From contig OY969564.1 of NCBI GenBank assembly GCA_963701095.1, forward strand, positions 1,088,001 through 1,152,000: a stretch of 64,000 nucleotides of DNA. Reading direction: 5' to 3'. The position numbers and the translations under genes were made by a program. The DNA comes from an uncultured Methanoregulaceae archaeon (lineage in GTDB: Archaea > Halobacteriota > Methanomicrobia > Methanomicrobiales > Methanospirillaceae). Positions 20,416 to 29,802 of this stretch are shown piece after piece (positions within the stretch are counted from its first letter, which is position 1; every line of letters begins with the position of its first letter). The notes beneath the pieces were generated by a model. That model was not told the origin of the DNA. It saw only the letters and a list, made by a program, of their open reading frames with translations, and did no database searches.

Positions 20416-20680
20416 CTGTTTAGGAATTATTGCTCGGTATGGATATAATGGGTGGCAATAAAGTCGTTAGTCACGAGGTTTCAGGGGAGTAAAGATCCGG
20501 CCATGAGTGAGTGAAAGTGAAGGGACGCAAAATATCTCTCGGGAGGTGTTAACCGAAGAATATCTATTATAATGTGACAAGTAATATCCCAATAATTATT
20601 TTCTCCCGAATTAACGAATGACAAGATTAATGCCAGTATGAAATATATAAAATAATAATTAAATTGGGTTGAGTGGGAGA

Positions 20681-23605
20681 ATGCACACATTAAAAGACGC
20701 CTTTAAGAAAAAGAAAATTGTTCCTTATGATGACATTCTGAAGAATAAAATATCGGAAAATTCCTTCGCAGTAGGATTTCATGCAGTCCTGAATGGGACC
20801 GCCGATGACATCTATAACGACCCAAAATTGTTTTTCGATCTTACTCACGTGACGAAAAACCTTGCAGGGATTTATGAAGACGTTCTCTCAAGGATGGCAC
20901 ATGGCGGAAGCCGACCTCTGCTCGTAATTGATACTACATTTGGTGGCGGAAAAACCCATACACTTGTCGCATTATATCATCTGTTTTCCCACCCTGATGT
21001 TGCAAAGAAAAATGCAGATCTGAAAAAAATTCTGACTTCTTTGAATCTCCCTGCCGTCCCTGATATCTCCCTCGTTGCCATAGATTGCCATAATATTTCC
21101 TCCGTGAAAATGCCCAAAAAGGCCCGGACAATATGGGGAGAAATCGGCCGTCAGCTTGATCAATATGAAATGGTTAAGACTTACGACCAGGAAATGCGCC
21201 GTCCGGATGCGGATACTCTGGCCAAACTAATAAATTCTACCGATAAGCCCGTCTTAATTCTGCTGGACGAACTGGTGAATTACCTGAAGGATGCCAAAGC
21301 CGAGGCTGTCGGCGAACAAAATCTCGCTGAAGTGACGGTCTCTTTCTTCCATACGCTCACGGACGTTATTGTCAACAGCAAGAATGCAATGCTAATCATC
21401 ACCCTTCCCGGGTCTGAATCCGCTTATAAGGAGGAATCAGAACTCCTCGAAAAATATAAAACCATGATCAAGGAAATCAGCGGGAGGGAAGGTTCTTTCA
21501 CCGTACCGATGGAACGTTCGGAAATCTATGATGTTATACGGAAACGCCTCTTCCGCACGGTCGATCACCAGTATGCCACGGATGTCGCCGAACATTTGCA
21601 GAAATTTTATGCAGAACATCAGGAATCATTTCCTGCCGATGTGATGACCCTGGACTACCGGACAAAAACCGCTAAATCCTATCCATTCCACCCGGCGCTT
21701 GTTGATCTTCTCTATGAAAGGGTAGCTACAATAGCAGAATTCCAGAAAACCCGGGGAGTTCTCCGGCTCCTTTCCCACATCCTGAAAAATATCTACCAGA
21801 ATATCGATACACTAGATTCTGATCCGATCATTACCCCGGGCATTGTCGATCTTAATGATATGAGTATTTTCCAGGAATTGACCAATAAAATAGCGAAAGG
21901 AGAGTTCCAGTCGGTCATCAATTCTGATATTGTCAATGATGAACAGACTGCCAAATGCCAGAAGATTGATAATAAACCCGCATACGGATCAAATGTCCGT
22001 GTCAGTACCGCAATCTATCTGTACAGTCTGATCGGTTCTAACAACGAGGCAAGTAAGGGATGTTCCCAGAATGATCTAGTACTTGCCACATCTGTCGAGG
22101 GGATAACCTACCCAAAAGATGTGCTGGTTGATGTGATCAATCTCGAAAATACCTTGTGGTACATTTACAACAAAACCGGTAAATTATATTTCTCCGTTGA
22201 AGTAAATCTCAACAAAGTCATCGCTGATGAAACCCAGAACGTGGACCAGACCCAATATGATCCGGAGATCAAGGGAAGGCTCCGGAAGATGCTTTCATCG
22301 GACTTTTTTGATGTTCATGTATGGGATGAGGATATCAGGAGTCCGCATAAACCAACGCTTGTAGTCCCGAATTTCCACACGGTTGCAGGGACTGAGACTT
22401 CAGTCCCTGGTCAGGTAAAAACAGTCATCGAGAAGGAAGGAACTTCATTCCGGTCAAGGAAAAATCTCATGTATGTGCTGGTTGCACGTGAAGATCGTTC
22501 TGGAAGAATGATAGAAGCCTCTCGCCGGTTCCTTGCGATCGAGGAACTCAAGGGGGCACGAAAGAATCGTCAGGATATCGGGGCGTACGGCCAGAAGATC
22601 GATGAACTTCTCAAGGAAGCGGATTCAACCCTGAATGGTACCCTCGAACGATGTTATTCCCTCATCTATTACCCGAAAGGGACCGAGATCAAATGCATCA
22701 CCGTCGCAGATGGCTATGAAGGAGCAAAAAATCTTCCGGATAAAGTTTGCAAAGCACTGACAAAAAGCGGTAAGATTGTTGCCACAATTAATCCTGAGTA
22801 TATTGTTGACCGGATCTTTGGTGATCGAACGGAAATGACAGTGCAGGATCTGGTAACAACCTTTGAAGAGGCACCGGTTCATTTTTTTCCGAAAAATAAG
22901 GATGTTGTGTATGATGCGATAAAACGGGGGGTTCAGGAAAATCAGTTTGCGATGTATTCCGGGGGGATCGGGGATATCCTTGCCATTGACAAAGAAAATT
23001 TCTCTTCAGTAGGCGAACGATTTTATTTCGGTCGCGCACCTGATTCAGGTGTGCGGGATGGTTATTATCTCCTTCCCAAAGAGCGGGCAAAACTCATAGA
23101 GGGGCAACTCAATGAAATAGCCGAACAAGCCGGACGATCGGCTAGTTCCCTGAATCCTGTAGGGCTCTATGTTGGGAAGAAGGGCAAACAAATTTCACTC
23201 ACTTCACCAGTGACTGACAAGACTCTTGATAACCCGGCGGAAATTGCTGAATACCAAGGATGGAATCTCCGGGAACTGGATATCCGTTTTACCAATGCCC
23301 GCCTTTTTAACCAGATTAAAAGTACATTTTCCATGCTGCTCCTTGGCCAGACAGGTGTTGTTTTCAATATATCCGTGCACAGTTCGCAATTTGATCTGGA
23401 AATTCATGACAGCGAAATCAAAGATATCAATGCAATCGTGGATCTGTTATCCAAGCTTGCGGTGCAATTCAACGATAATCTGAATGTATCAATTGCAATG
23501 AAATTCCGGCAGCCGGCGAAAGTTGATCAGGATCTCGCCGATTCCATCGATGAATTTAGTCCGATAAAGTCTGAACTTACTTTCGAAGCGCTTGTGGAGA
23601 AGTAA
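20681..23605 (+). CDS. DUF499 AAA+ ATPase (BrxC-related)
   Basis: FFDLTHVT, Walker A FGGGKTHTL, TIWGEIGRQL, Walker B LILLDELVNY, SYPFHP, FQKTRGVLRLL. Confidence 0.9.
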   Translation: MHTLKDAFKKKKIVPYDDILKNKISENSFAVGFHAVLNGTADDIYNDPKLFFDLTHVTKNLAGIYEDVLSRMAHGGSRPLLVIDTTFGGGKTHTLVALYHLFSHPDVAKKNADLKKILTSLNLPAVPDISLVAIDCHNISSVKMPKKARTIWGEIGRQLDQYEMVKTYDQEMRRPDADTLAKLINSTDKPVLILLDELVNYLKDAKAEAVGEQNLAEVTVSFFHTLTDVIVNSKNAMLIITLPGSESAYKEESELLEKYKTMIKEISGREGSFTVPMERSEIYDVIRKRLFRTVDHQYATDVAEHLQKFYAEHQESFPADVMTLDYRTKTAKSYPFHPALVDLLYERVATIAEFQKTRGVLRLLSHILKNIYQNIDTLDSDPIITPGIVDLNDMSIFQELTNKIAKGEFQSVINSDIVNDEQTAKCQKIDNKPAYGSNVRVSTAIYLYSLIGSNNEASKGCSQNDLVLATSVEGITYPKDVLVDVINLENTLWYIYNKTGKLYFSVEVNLNKVIADETQNVDQTQYDPEIKGRLRKMLSSDFFDVHVWDEDIRSPHKPTLVVPNFHTVAGTETSVPGQVKTVIEKEGTSFRSRKNLMYVLVAREDRSGRMIEASRRFLAIEELKGARKNRQDIGAYGQKIDELLKEADSTLNGTLERCYSLIYYPKGTEIKCITVADGYEGAKNLPDKVCKALTKSGKIVATINPEYIVDRIFGDRTEMTVQDLVTTFEEAPVHFFPKNKDVVYDAIKRGVQENQFAMYSGGIGDILAIDKENFSSVGERFYFGRAPDSGVRDGYYLLPKERAKLIEGQLNEIAEQAGRSASSLNPVGLYVGKKGKQISLTSPVTDKTLDNPAEIAEYQGWNLRELDIRFTNARLFNQIKSTFSMLLLGQTGVVFNISVHSSQFDLEIHDSEIKDINAIVDLLSKLAVQFNDNLNVSIAMKFRQPAKVDQDLADSIDEFSPIKSELTFEALVEK

Positions 23606-23609
23606 CGGC

Positions 23610-24101
23610 ATGGAGATCAAGAATTATCTGAAAAAGGAGCGGATCCATTATACGGTTTCGCTCAAGGAAGGATCCGGCAAATCCATGCAGCTCTGGGAGC
23701 ACATCGACGGGATGAACCGGCATTACAAGAATCCCATTGGCTCCGTCTTTTCATGGCGGGCAGAGATCATAAGGGTTTTTCTCGACAAACTTATTGCAAA
23801 ATACCAGCATGATGTCAAAAGCACGATTCTGAAACGTCAGATGGTTCTCGATACGGATGGCGGAGGAATCGTTCACCTTGAAAAGAGCCAATGGAACAGC
23901 GATTACCGTCTTCCCGAAGAAATGGCGATGAAGATGCTCTTTGCGATGAAACTGGTGTCCAGCATGGAGCAGCGACCACGGATAGAAGAAGCACTGGAGA
24001 TTATTGGTTCGCTGACCGATGAGGAGATATCATTCTGGGCTTGGAAGGTTCTCTCGTTGAAAAATTCTGCGCTGAATGGTTTTAAGGCGATGTATCTTTG
24101 A
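23610..24101 (+). CDS. Small accessory protein of the DUF499 system (DUF3780/BrxA-like position)
   Basis: 163 aa between the DUF499 ATPase and the MTase; C-terminal LTDEEISFWAWK..GFKAMYL. Call is mostly by context. Confidence 0.55.
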   Translation: MEIKNYLKKERIHYTVSLKEGSGKSMQLWEHIDGMNRHYKNPIGSVFSWRAEIIRVFLDKLIAKYQHDVKSTILKRQMVLDTDGGGIVHLEKSQWNSDYRLPEEMAMKMLFAMKLVSSMEQRPRIEEALEIIGSLTDEEISFWAWKVLSLKNSALNGFKAMYL

Positions 24102-24110
24102 GATGATTTT

Positions 24111-26657
24111 GTGACTGAAGAAAAACGGACTTTAATTGAAACAATTTTACCGGTTGATGAAATTTCCGAAGAAGCGAAAATCGAAAAGTTAGGAAATGCA
24201 AAACCACCCACTTCAACAATGCACTATTGGTGGACGAGGAAGCCTCTCGTCGCAGCGCGGGCCGTGGTTTTAGCATCATTACTTCCATCAGATTTTGATA
24301 TTATTGAATTCAAAAAATTACTCGGTCTTGGTAGAGACAAACGGGCATATACTTATGATATTCCTAAAGACCGTATTGAACAACTAACGGAGGAATATAA
24401 AAAAGTCTGGGGAGAAGTTCCAACAATTCTTGATCCTTTTGCCGGCGGAGGTTCAATTCCCTTTGAAGCGATGCGGGTAGGTGCGGATACAATTGCTAAT
24501 GATTACAATGCAATGGCATATCTTATTCTCAAAGCTACACTTGAATATCCAAAAAAATACCGAGGAGTCCTTCTTAAGGACGTTGAGGCTGGGTTGGAAT
24601 GGGTTTTTCAGGAAACCAAAAAGGAGATGGAACAATATTATCCTAAACACGAAGGAAAGGAAGTCGCTGCATATATTTGGGCTTGGCAAGTGAAATGTCC
24701 ACAATGTGGATTCGAAAATCCAATAGTTGGACAGTGGTGGTTGGCACGTAAAAAAGGGAATAATTTTTATTTAGATTATAACAAGCCGCTGACCGCTAAA
24801 TCCCCACTTATTTTATCGATTCATAAGGGCATCTCACCGCAAGAAGGAAATTGTTCAGATGGGAAAGGGGTTTGTCTCAATTGTGGTGCACAAATCTCCA
24901 ATGAGCACATAATTAAAGATATAAACGAGCGGGAAAAAGAATATCCTCTTGCTGTCGTTGTGAATGGTCGAAAACGAAAAGAATACGAGTTATTTTCTCA
25001 AAGTGATAATGACGCATTTGATAAAGTCGACAAATATGTCAAACATAACCTTCAACGCTGGATATCTGAAGATATTGTTCCAGATGAGGATATCCCAGAA
25101 GACACTCGGGGATCTCTATCAGTAAGAATTTATCTACCAAAGTGGCGCCGATTGCTTAACTCGCGGCAACTCTTATTGTTTATCACTCTTGAGAAAAAAA
25201 TAAAAGAATACTGCCAAACTCAATTAAAATCGAATGATCTTGATTATAATTTCGCTGTTGCTACATATTTATCGTTCCTTCTCGGAAAACATTTTGATTA
25301 TAATTCACGTTCTACTGCATGGCATAGAGCAAATGAACAAATCGCTCATGTACTAACATATCGTGGAGTTGGCATGAATTGGGATCATGCCGAAGTCAAT
25401 CCTTTTGCTGATGGTTCGGGAACACTTCAGGGAATGATAAAAAATATAATAAAAGGGCTGGTCTTCTCACAAAATTCTCTCAATCTGCAAACAAACTGTC
25501 TTGTAAAAAATTTATCCGTCACCAATCTAGAAACACCCTCAAACCTAATAATTTCCGATCCTCCATATTTTGACGACGTGAGATATGCTGAGTTCAGCCA
25601 CTTCTTTTACACATGGGAGCATCGAGTTTTAAAATCAATACACGATCTTGGCGATATCCAATCTGCTGAAGAAATGTCGGTTGGAGGAGCAGGTCGGACA
25701 CCAGAATTTTTCTCTCGTTTATTTAATATCAGTATGAAAAAGATTTTTACACTTATATCTGATGATGGAATGGTTGTCTTATTTTTCGCGCATTCGTCTC
25801 CAGAAGCGTGGGGTTTCGTAATAAAATCAATGCAAAATGCAGGTTTTCGTATTACTGCGACATGGCCGGTCCATACTGAAAATGCAGTTAATCCTCTCGC
25901 TCGTGGAAATTCATCAATTATGTCATCTATTGTTATTGTCGCACGAAAACGAAAAACTGAAAAAACTGGTTATCTTGAAGAAATTCAGGATGATGTTCAG
26001 TCTCACTTAAGAAAACGTCTCGACGAATTTTGGAATTACGGCCTCCGTGGTGCAGATCTTACGGTATCTGCAATGGGTGCAACCCTTGATATCATCACTC
26101 AATATTCTGAAATTAAGAGTTACACTGGCGAGATGCAGATTAAGGACGTACTTGAACTTGTCCAAAAATATGTCGCCCAGTACGTTCTCGATCGGTACAT
26201 GAAGAACGCATCCGGTCTCGATGCACCAACATCATTCTATCTCTACACTCGGCTGTCACACCTCCAAGGGATGCCATTTGATACTGCAAACCTTATTGCA
26301 AAAAGCATGAATGTTGATCTCAAATTATTCGAGAAACAGGGACTCATTGAAACAAGCAAAAAAGGAAAAGCGCAGGGTGTTAAGATCCTTAATTTCTCCT
26401 CTAGGGAAACCAACCCCAAACAATCCCTTATCGACTGCGTCCAATTCGTAATTACAACTTTCGCGAGGGGTGGCTATACTGATGTTGAGCGGGAACTTGC
26501 AACCATTCCCTTCAGCAGAAGTGAAATCAAGGACGTTCTCGAAGCTCTTCTCTCATTACCAACAGAAGATTCCGAGCGACAGGTAGCGCAGAAGATACTC
26601 GAACGTATGGGACAATCATTCCCGAAACAGGGCCAGACCGGGCTGGATAATTTTTAA
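24111..26657 (+). CDS. DUF1156 amino-DNA methyltransferase with Zn ribbon
   Basis: HYWWTRKPL, motif I LDPFAGGGSIP, CPQC..CLNCG, motif IV DPPY. Confidence 0.92.
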   Translation: MTEEKRTLIETILPVDEISEEAKIEKLGNAKPPTSTMHYWWTRKPLVAARAVVLASLLPSDFDIIEFKKLLGLGRDKRAYTYDIPKDRIEQLTEEYKKVWGEVPTILDPFAGGGSIPFEAMRVGADTIANDYNAMAYLILKATLEYPKKYRGVLLKDVEAGLEWVFQETKKEMEQYYPKHEGKEVAAYIWAWQVKCPQCGFENPIVGQWWLARKKGNNFYLDYNKPLTAKSPLILSIHKGISPQEGNCSDGKGVCLNCGAQISNEHIIKDINEREKEYPLAVVVNGRKRKEYELFSQSDNDAFDKVDKYVKHNLQRWISEDIVPDEDIPEDTRGSLSVRIYLPKWRRLLNSRQLLLFITLEKKIKEYCQTQLKSNDLDYNFAVATYLSFLLGKHFDYNSRSTAWHRANEQIAHVLTYRGVGMNWDHAEVNPFADGSGTLQGMIKNIIKGLVFSQNSLNLQTNCLVKNLSVTNLETPSNLIISDPPYFDDVRYAEFSHFFYTWEHRVLKSIHDLGDIQSAEEMSVGGAGRTPEFFSRLFNISMKKIFTLISDDGMVVLFFAHSSPEAWGFVIKSMQNAGFRITATWPVHTENAVNPLARGNSSIMSSIVIVARKRKTEKTGYLEEIQDDVQSHLRKRLDEFWNYGLRGADLTVSAMGATLDIITQYSEIKSYTGEMQIKDVLELVQKYVAQYVLDRYMKNASGLDAPTSFYLYTRLSHLQGMPFDTANLIAKSMNVDLKLFEKQGLIETSKKGKAQGVKILNFSSRETNPKQSLIDCVQFVITTFARGGYTDVERELATIPFSRSEIKDVLEALLSLPTEDSERQVAQKILERMGQSFPKQGQTGLDNF

Positions 26658-26666
26658 GGTGCATGC

Positions 26667-29600
26667 ATGGCAATGACGTTAGCAGAATTCCACGAGCGGA
26701 TTAGAACACAGCAGTTCGATCCGCTGACCAATTTCAAGCTGAATGTCGATGCCTACCGTATTCACCTCAAGCACAAATACGATCCTGTTTCGGTCGTCTC
26801 CATCGGTAAGATCGATCCACTGCCCCATCAAGTCGAAGCGTTTGTCAAGATGATGGCGATGCTACGCCCGTCGAGCGGCATTTCCGGCAGGATCCGGATG
26901 CTGCTTGCCGATGATGTCGGGTTGGGAAAGACCATTATGGTCGGCCTCGTCATGAAAGAGCTCCTGCTCCGCCATAAAATACAACGTGTGCTTATCATAT
27001 GTCCATCGGGACTCCAGATCCAGTGGAAGGAAGAACTCAAGGAAAAATTTAACGAAGATTTCACCATCATCAAGGGACAAATTGAAGGAAATCCCTATGC
27101 AGAAAATGATAAGGTGATCCTCTCGGTCGATATCGGGAGAAATGAAGAAAAAACAAAGATGCTCCTCTCAACAAAATGGGACCTCATTGTCTTCGATGAA
27201 GCGCACAAACTCAAACCCGGAAATATGCGGTACAACCTTGCCGAAGAGATCAGCACAAAAACCGCCCATCTCATTCTCGCATCCGCTACGCCCCATGACG
27301 GTAAAGTTGAGAATTTCCTCGGGCTTGTTAAATTGATCGATGAAGAGATGGAGAATATAACCGACAGCGGAGAACTAAAACAGTATCTTGATCCGCTCAT
27401 GATCCGTCGACTCAAGGAAGATATTGTCAATTTCCGGGGAAAAAAGATCTTTCCTAAAAGATCGATACCGCAAACCCTTGAAATTCAATATTCTCCGGAA
27501 GAACTCGAATTCTATAATGGTGTTGAGGATTATGTCAGGACATATTACCAGAAAGCAGAGTCCGGCGGGTTGACCTCTGTTGTCCTCGCACTCTATATCC
27601 TCCACCGGCGGGTTAGCTCATCAATCCAGGCCGGTGTCATCTCACTCAGGAAACGCCGGCTCAATCTCCTCCGTCCCTACACAGAGATCACGGAAAAAAA
27701 CGAAACTGATTATCTCTGCTATCTTGAAGAAGGAAATGAGGAGAAACGGGAAAAGGCCGAAGAGGAAATTATCAGCGCCACAGCAGCACTGACACAGGAA
27801 GAGTTGCGGGTTGAATGCGAAGCCCTGGATAGGTTGATTGAACAAGGCCAGAACCTTCTTGACAGTCAGCAGGATCGGAAATTCCAGCAACTCAAAACAC
27901 TTGTCAATACTATCCGGACAGAACACCCCGGCGATAAGATTATTATTTTCACGGAATTTACTGACACACTTCGGTTCCTTGAAAAAAAGCTCATAGCGGA
28001 TAATTTCCTCATTGCGAAGATCACCGGGGGATTATCACCAGAAGAAAAGAAAGAGCAAGCACGACTGTTTGAAAAACGGTCCGATATCCTGCTTGGCACA
28101 GAGGCTGCCGGGGAGGGATTGAACCTCCAGTTCGCCAATATTGCGATCAACTACGAACTTCCCTGGAATCCAAACAGGCTTGAGCAGCGCATCGGGCGGG
28201 TGTACCGGTACGGACAGAAAAAGGAAGTTTATATCTATAATTTCAAAACAGCATTCCCCATCGATGACGCAGTTCTCACAAAAATTCTTGAAAAGATGGA
28301 GCATATCCGGGCCATCTATGGATCGAATACCATCGATGTGATCGGGTCGATGATATCAGAGAAAGATATCCTTGAAATTTTCCGCATCGCGCAGGGTAAA
28401 GGTTCTCCAGTTGACAAGGTGGATCAGCTCTTTACTGAAAAACTCGATGTCTTCAAAGACATTGACCAGTTCTTTATCAAGGACTCATTTAATCTCGTCA
28501 ACGTGACATCACTCACGCCCAATATTGACAGGTGCATCAACAATTTCGATATCGAACGCTTCTTCCTCACGTGGGCAGAGAATTCGCGGTCTGTGGATGT
28601 TCAACCCGCAGAGAAAGAGGCTGGCAAGTATCATATCCGGATCCCCTGCACTACGACTCCGGCTGAAGCGCTCTGCACGGATAGGGAATCCCAGAAATAT
28701 GATGACATAGTTGTAACCGGGGTATTCGATCCGGAAAAGAAAGGCACCTATCTCGCTCTTGGTCATCCGGTGATCAGCTGTGCGATTGATGATTCCCTAA
28801 CAAAACACACGTGTACAATCATAAAATGCCCGGAAAAAGGCATTATACTCACTTACATTCTCAAATTTTTCGATGGGCGTGGAAGAGAGATCTACGCAGA
28901 GCCCGTCCTGTTATATCAGACACAAAATGATTGTAAAGGACTGGATCCTCTCAATGTCTGGGAGTTTGAAGGATATGATCGGGATCAGGTGCTCAATGTT
29001 GATGGCGAATATTTTACCAAAGCTATCAGGGATCTTCTTGTCGACCCGGAATTTGCCTTAAAGGATTATATTTCCAAGACAGAAGTGTTTGTAAGAGAAA
29101 AACACGAAAAGGATCTCGAAAGAGAATTCAATTACGCGTATACAGAATACCAATGGAAAATTAAAAACCAGAATCTGAAACGGGAAAAATTTGAGGAGAC
29201 CGGACAGAAATACCTCATCGAGCCGGTTGATAACAAGATTCTCCAATTGAAGCTGGAACTCAAATCACTGAGGCAGGATAATCTGCAATCAAAAAATATA
29301 ACCTGGAAACTCTGTGGTCCGGTCGATCTTGCCCTGCTGCTCCCTCCATCCGATCAGAAAAACTGGGATCCCAAATCCGAGCAGGCACGCATCGATCTTG
29401 AAAAGTTGAAAAGGGAGATCGAACTTAAAGGAATGAAAATTGTATGCCAGTTTGAGAGAGAACACGGGAGGATCCCAGAAGATGTTTCGAAAGAAACCGT
29501 CAGGGGCTATGATATTCTCTCAAAATCTAAAAATGAAAAACGGCATATCGAAGTAAAATCATTTTCGACAACCAATCCTATACAGATCTCTTCGAACGAA

Positions 29601-29798
29601 TGGCGGGTGGCGTCTCAGTTACGGGAAGATTACTATCTCTATGTTGTGGAGAATATTTCCAAAGATCCAGAGACCCAACCGACGGTCATACCGGATCCAT
29701 ACTTGAATCTTGAGAAATATGTAAAAAAGGTCCCGATTGAGGATTACAAGATGGTATTGGAAAGAGTTCCAGAAGAGATGAGAAAACAAAAACAATAG
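26667..29798 (+). CDS. SNF2-family helicase with C-terminal DUF3883 nuclease domain
   Basis: PLPHQ, LLADDVGLGKT, DEAHK, ATPH, GEGLNLQ, WNPNRLEQRIGRVYR; C-terminal GYDILS..HIEVKS..NEW..YYLYVV. Confidence 0.92.
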   Translation: MAMTLAEFHERIRTQQFDPLTNFKLNVDAYRIHLKHKYDPVSVVSIGKIDPLPHQVEAFVKMMAMLRPSSGISGRIRMLLADDVGLGKTIMVGLVMKELLLRHKIQRVLIICPSGLQIQWKEELKEKFNEDFTIIKGQIEGNPYAENDKVILSVDIGRNEEKTKMLLSTKWDLIVFDEAHKLKPGNMRYNLAEEISTKTAHLILASATPHDGKVENFLGLVKLIDEEMENITDSGELKQYLDPLMIRRLKEDIVNFRGKKIFPKRSIPQTLEIQYSPEELEFYNGVEDYVRTYYQKAESGGLTSVVLALYILHRRVSSSIQAGVISLRKRRLNLLRPYTEITEKNETDYLCYLEEGNEEKREKAEEEIISATAALTQEELRVECEALDRLIEQGQNLLDSQQDRKFQQLKTLVNTIRTEHPGDKIIIFTEFTDTLRFLEKKLIADNFLIAKITGGLSPEEKKEQARLFEKRSDILLGTEAAGEGLNLQFANIAINYELPWNPNRLEQRIGRVYRYGQKKEVYIYNFKTAFPIDDAVLTKILEKMEHIRAIYGSNTIDVIGSMISEKDILEIFRIAQGKGSPVDKVDQLFTEKLDVFKDIDQFFIKDSFNLVNVTSLTPNIDRCINNFDIERFFLTWAENSRSVDVQPAEKEAGKYHIRIPCTTTPAEALCTDRESQKYDDIVVTGVFDPEKKGTYLALGHPVISCAIDDSLTKHTCTIIKCPEKGIILTYILKFFDGRGREIYAEPVLLYQTQNDCKGLDPLNVWEFEGYDRDQVLNVDGEYFTKAIRDLLVDPEFALKDYISKTEVFVREKHEKDLEREFNYAYTEYQWKIKNQNLKREKFEETGQKYLIEPVDNKILQLKLELKSLRQDNLQSKNITWKLCGPVDLALLLPPSDQKNWDPKSEQARIDLEKLKREIELKGMKIVCQFEREHGRIPEDVSKETVRGYDILSKSKNEKRHIEVKSFSTTNPIQISSNEWRVASQLREDYYLYVVENISKDPETQPTVIPDPYLNLEKYVKKVPIEDYKMVLERVPEEMRKQKQ

Positions 29799-29802
29799 TT
29801 TT

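Noticed and set aside
20505..20560. gaaag..gggacgcaaaa resembling a c-di-GMP-I riboswitch
   Set aside because: Lacks the GGCAAAC element and the paired stems.
20600..20615. ttctcccgaattaa as a third, inverted copy of the 13-7-13 site
   Set aside because: Only one flank (~12 nt) matches and the palindrome is absent.
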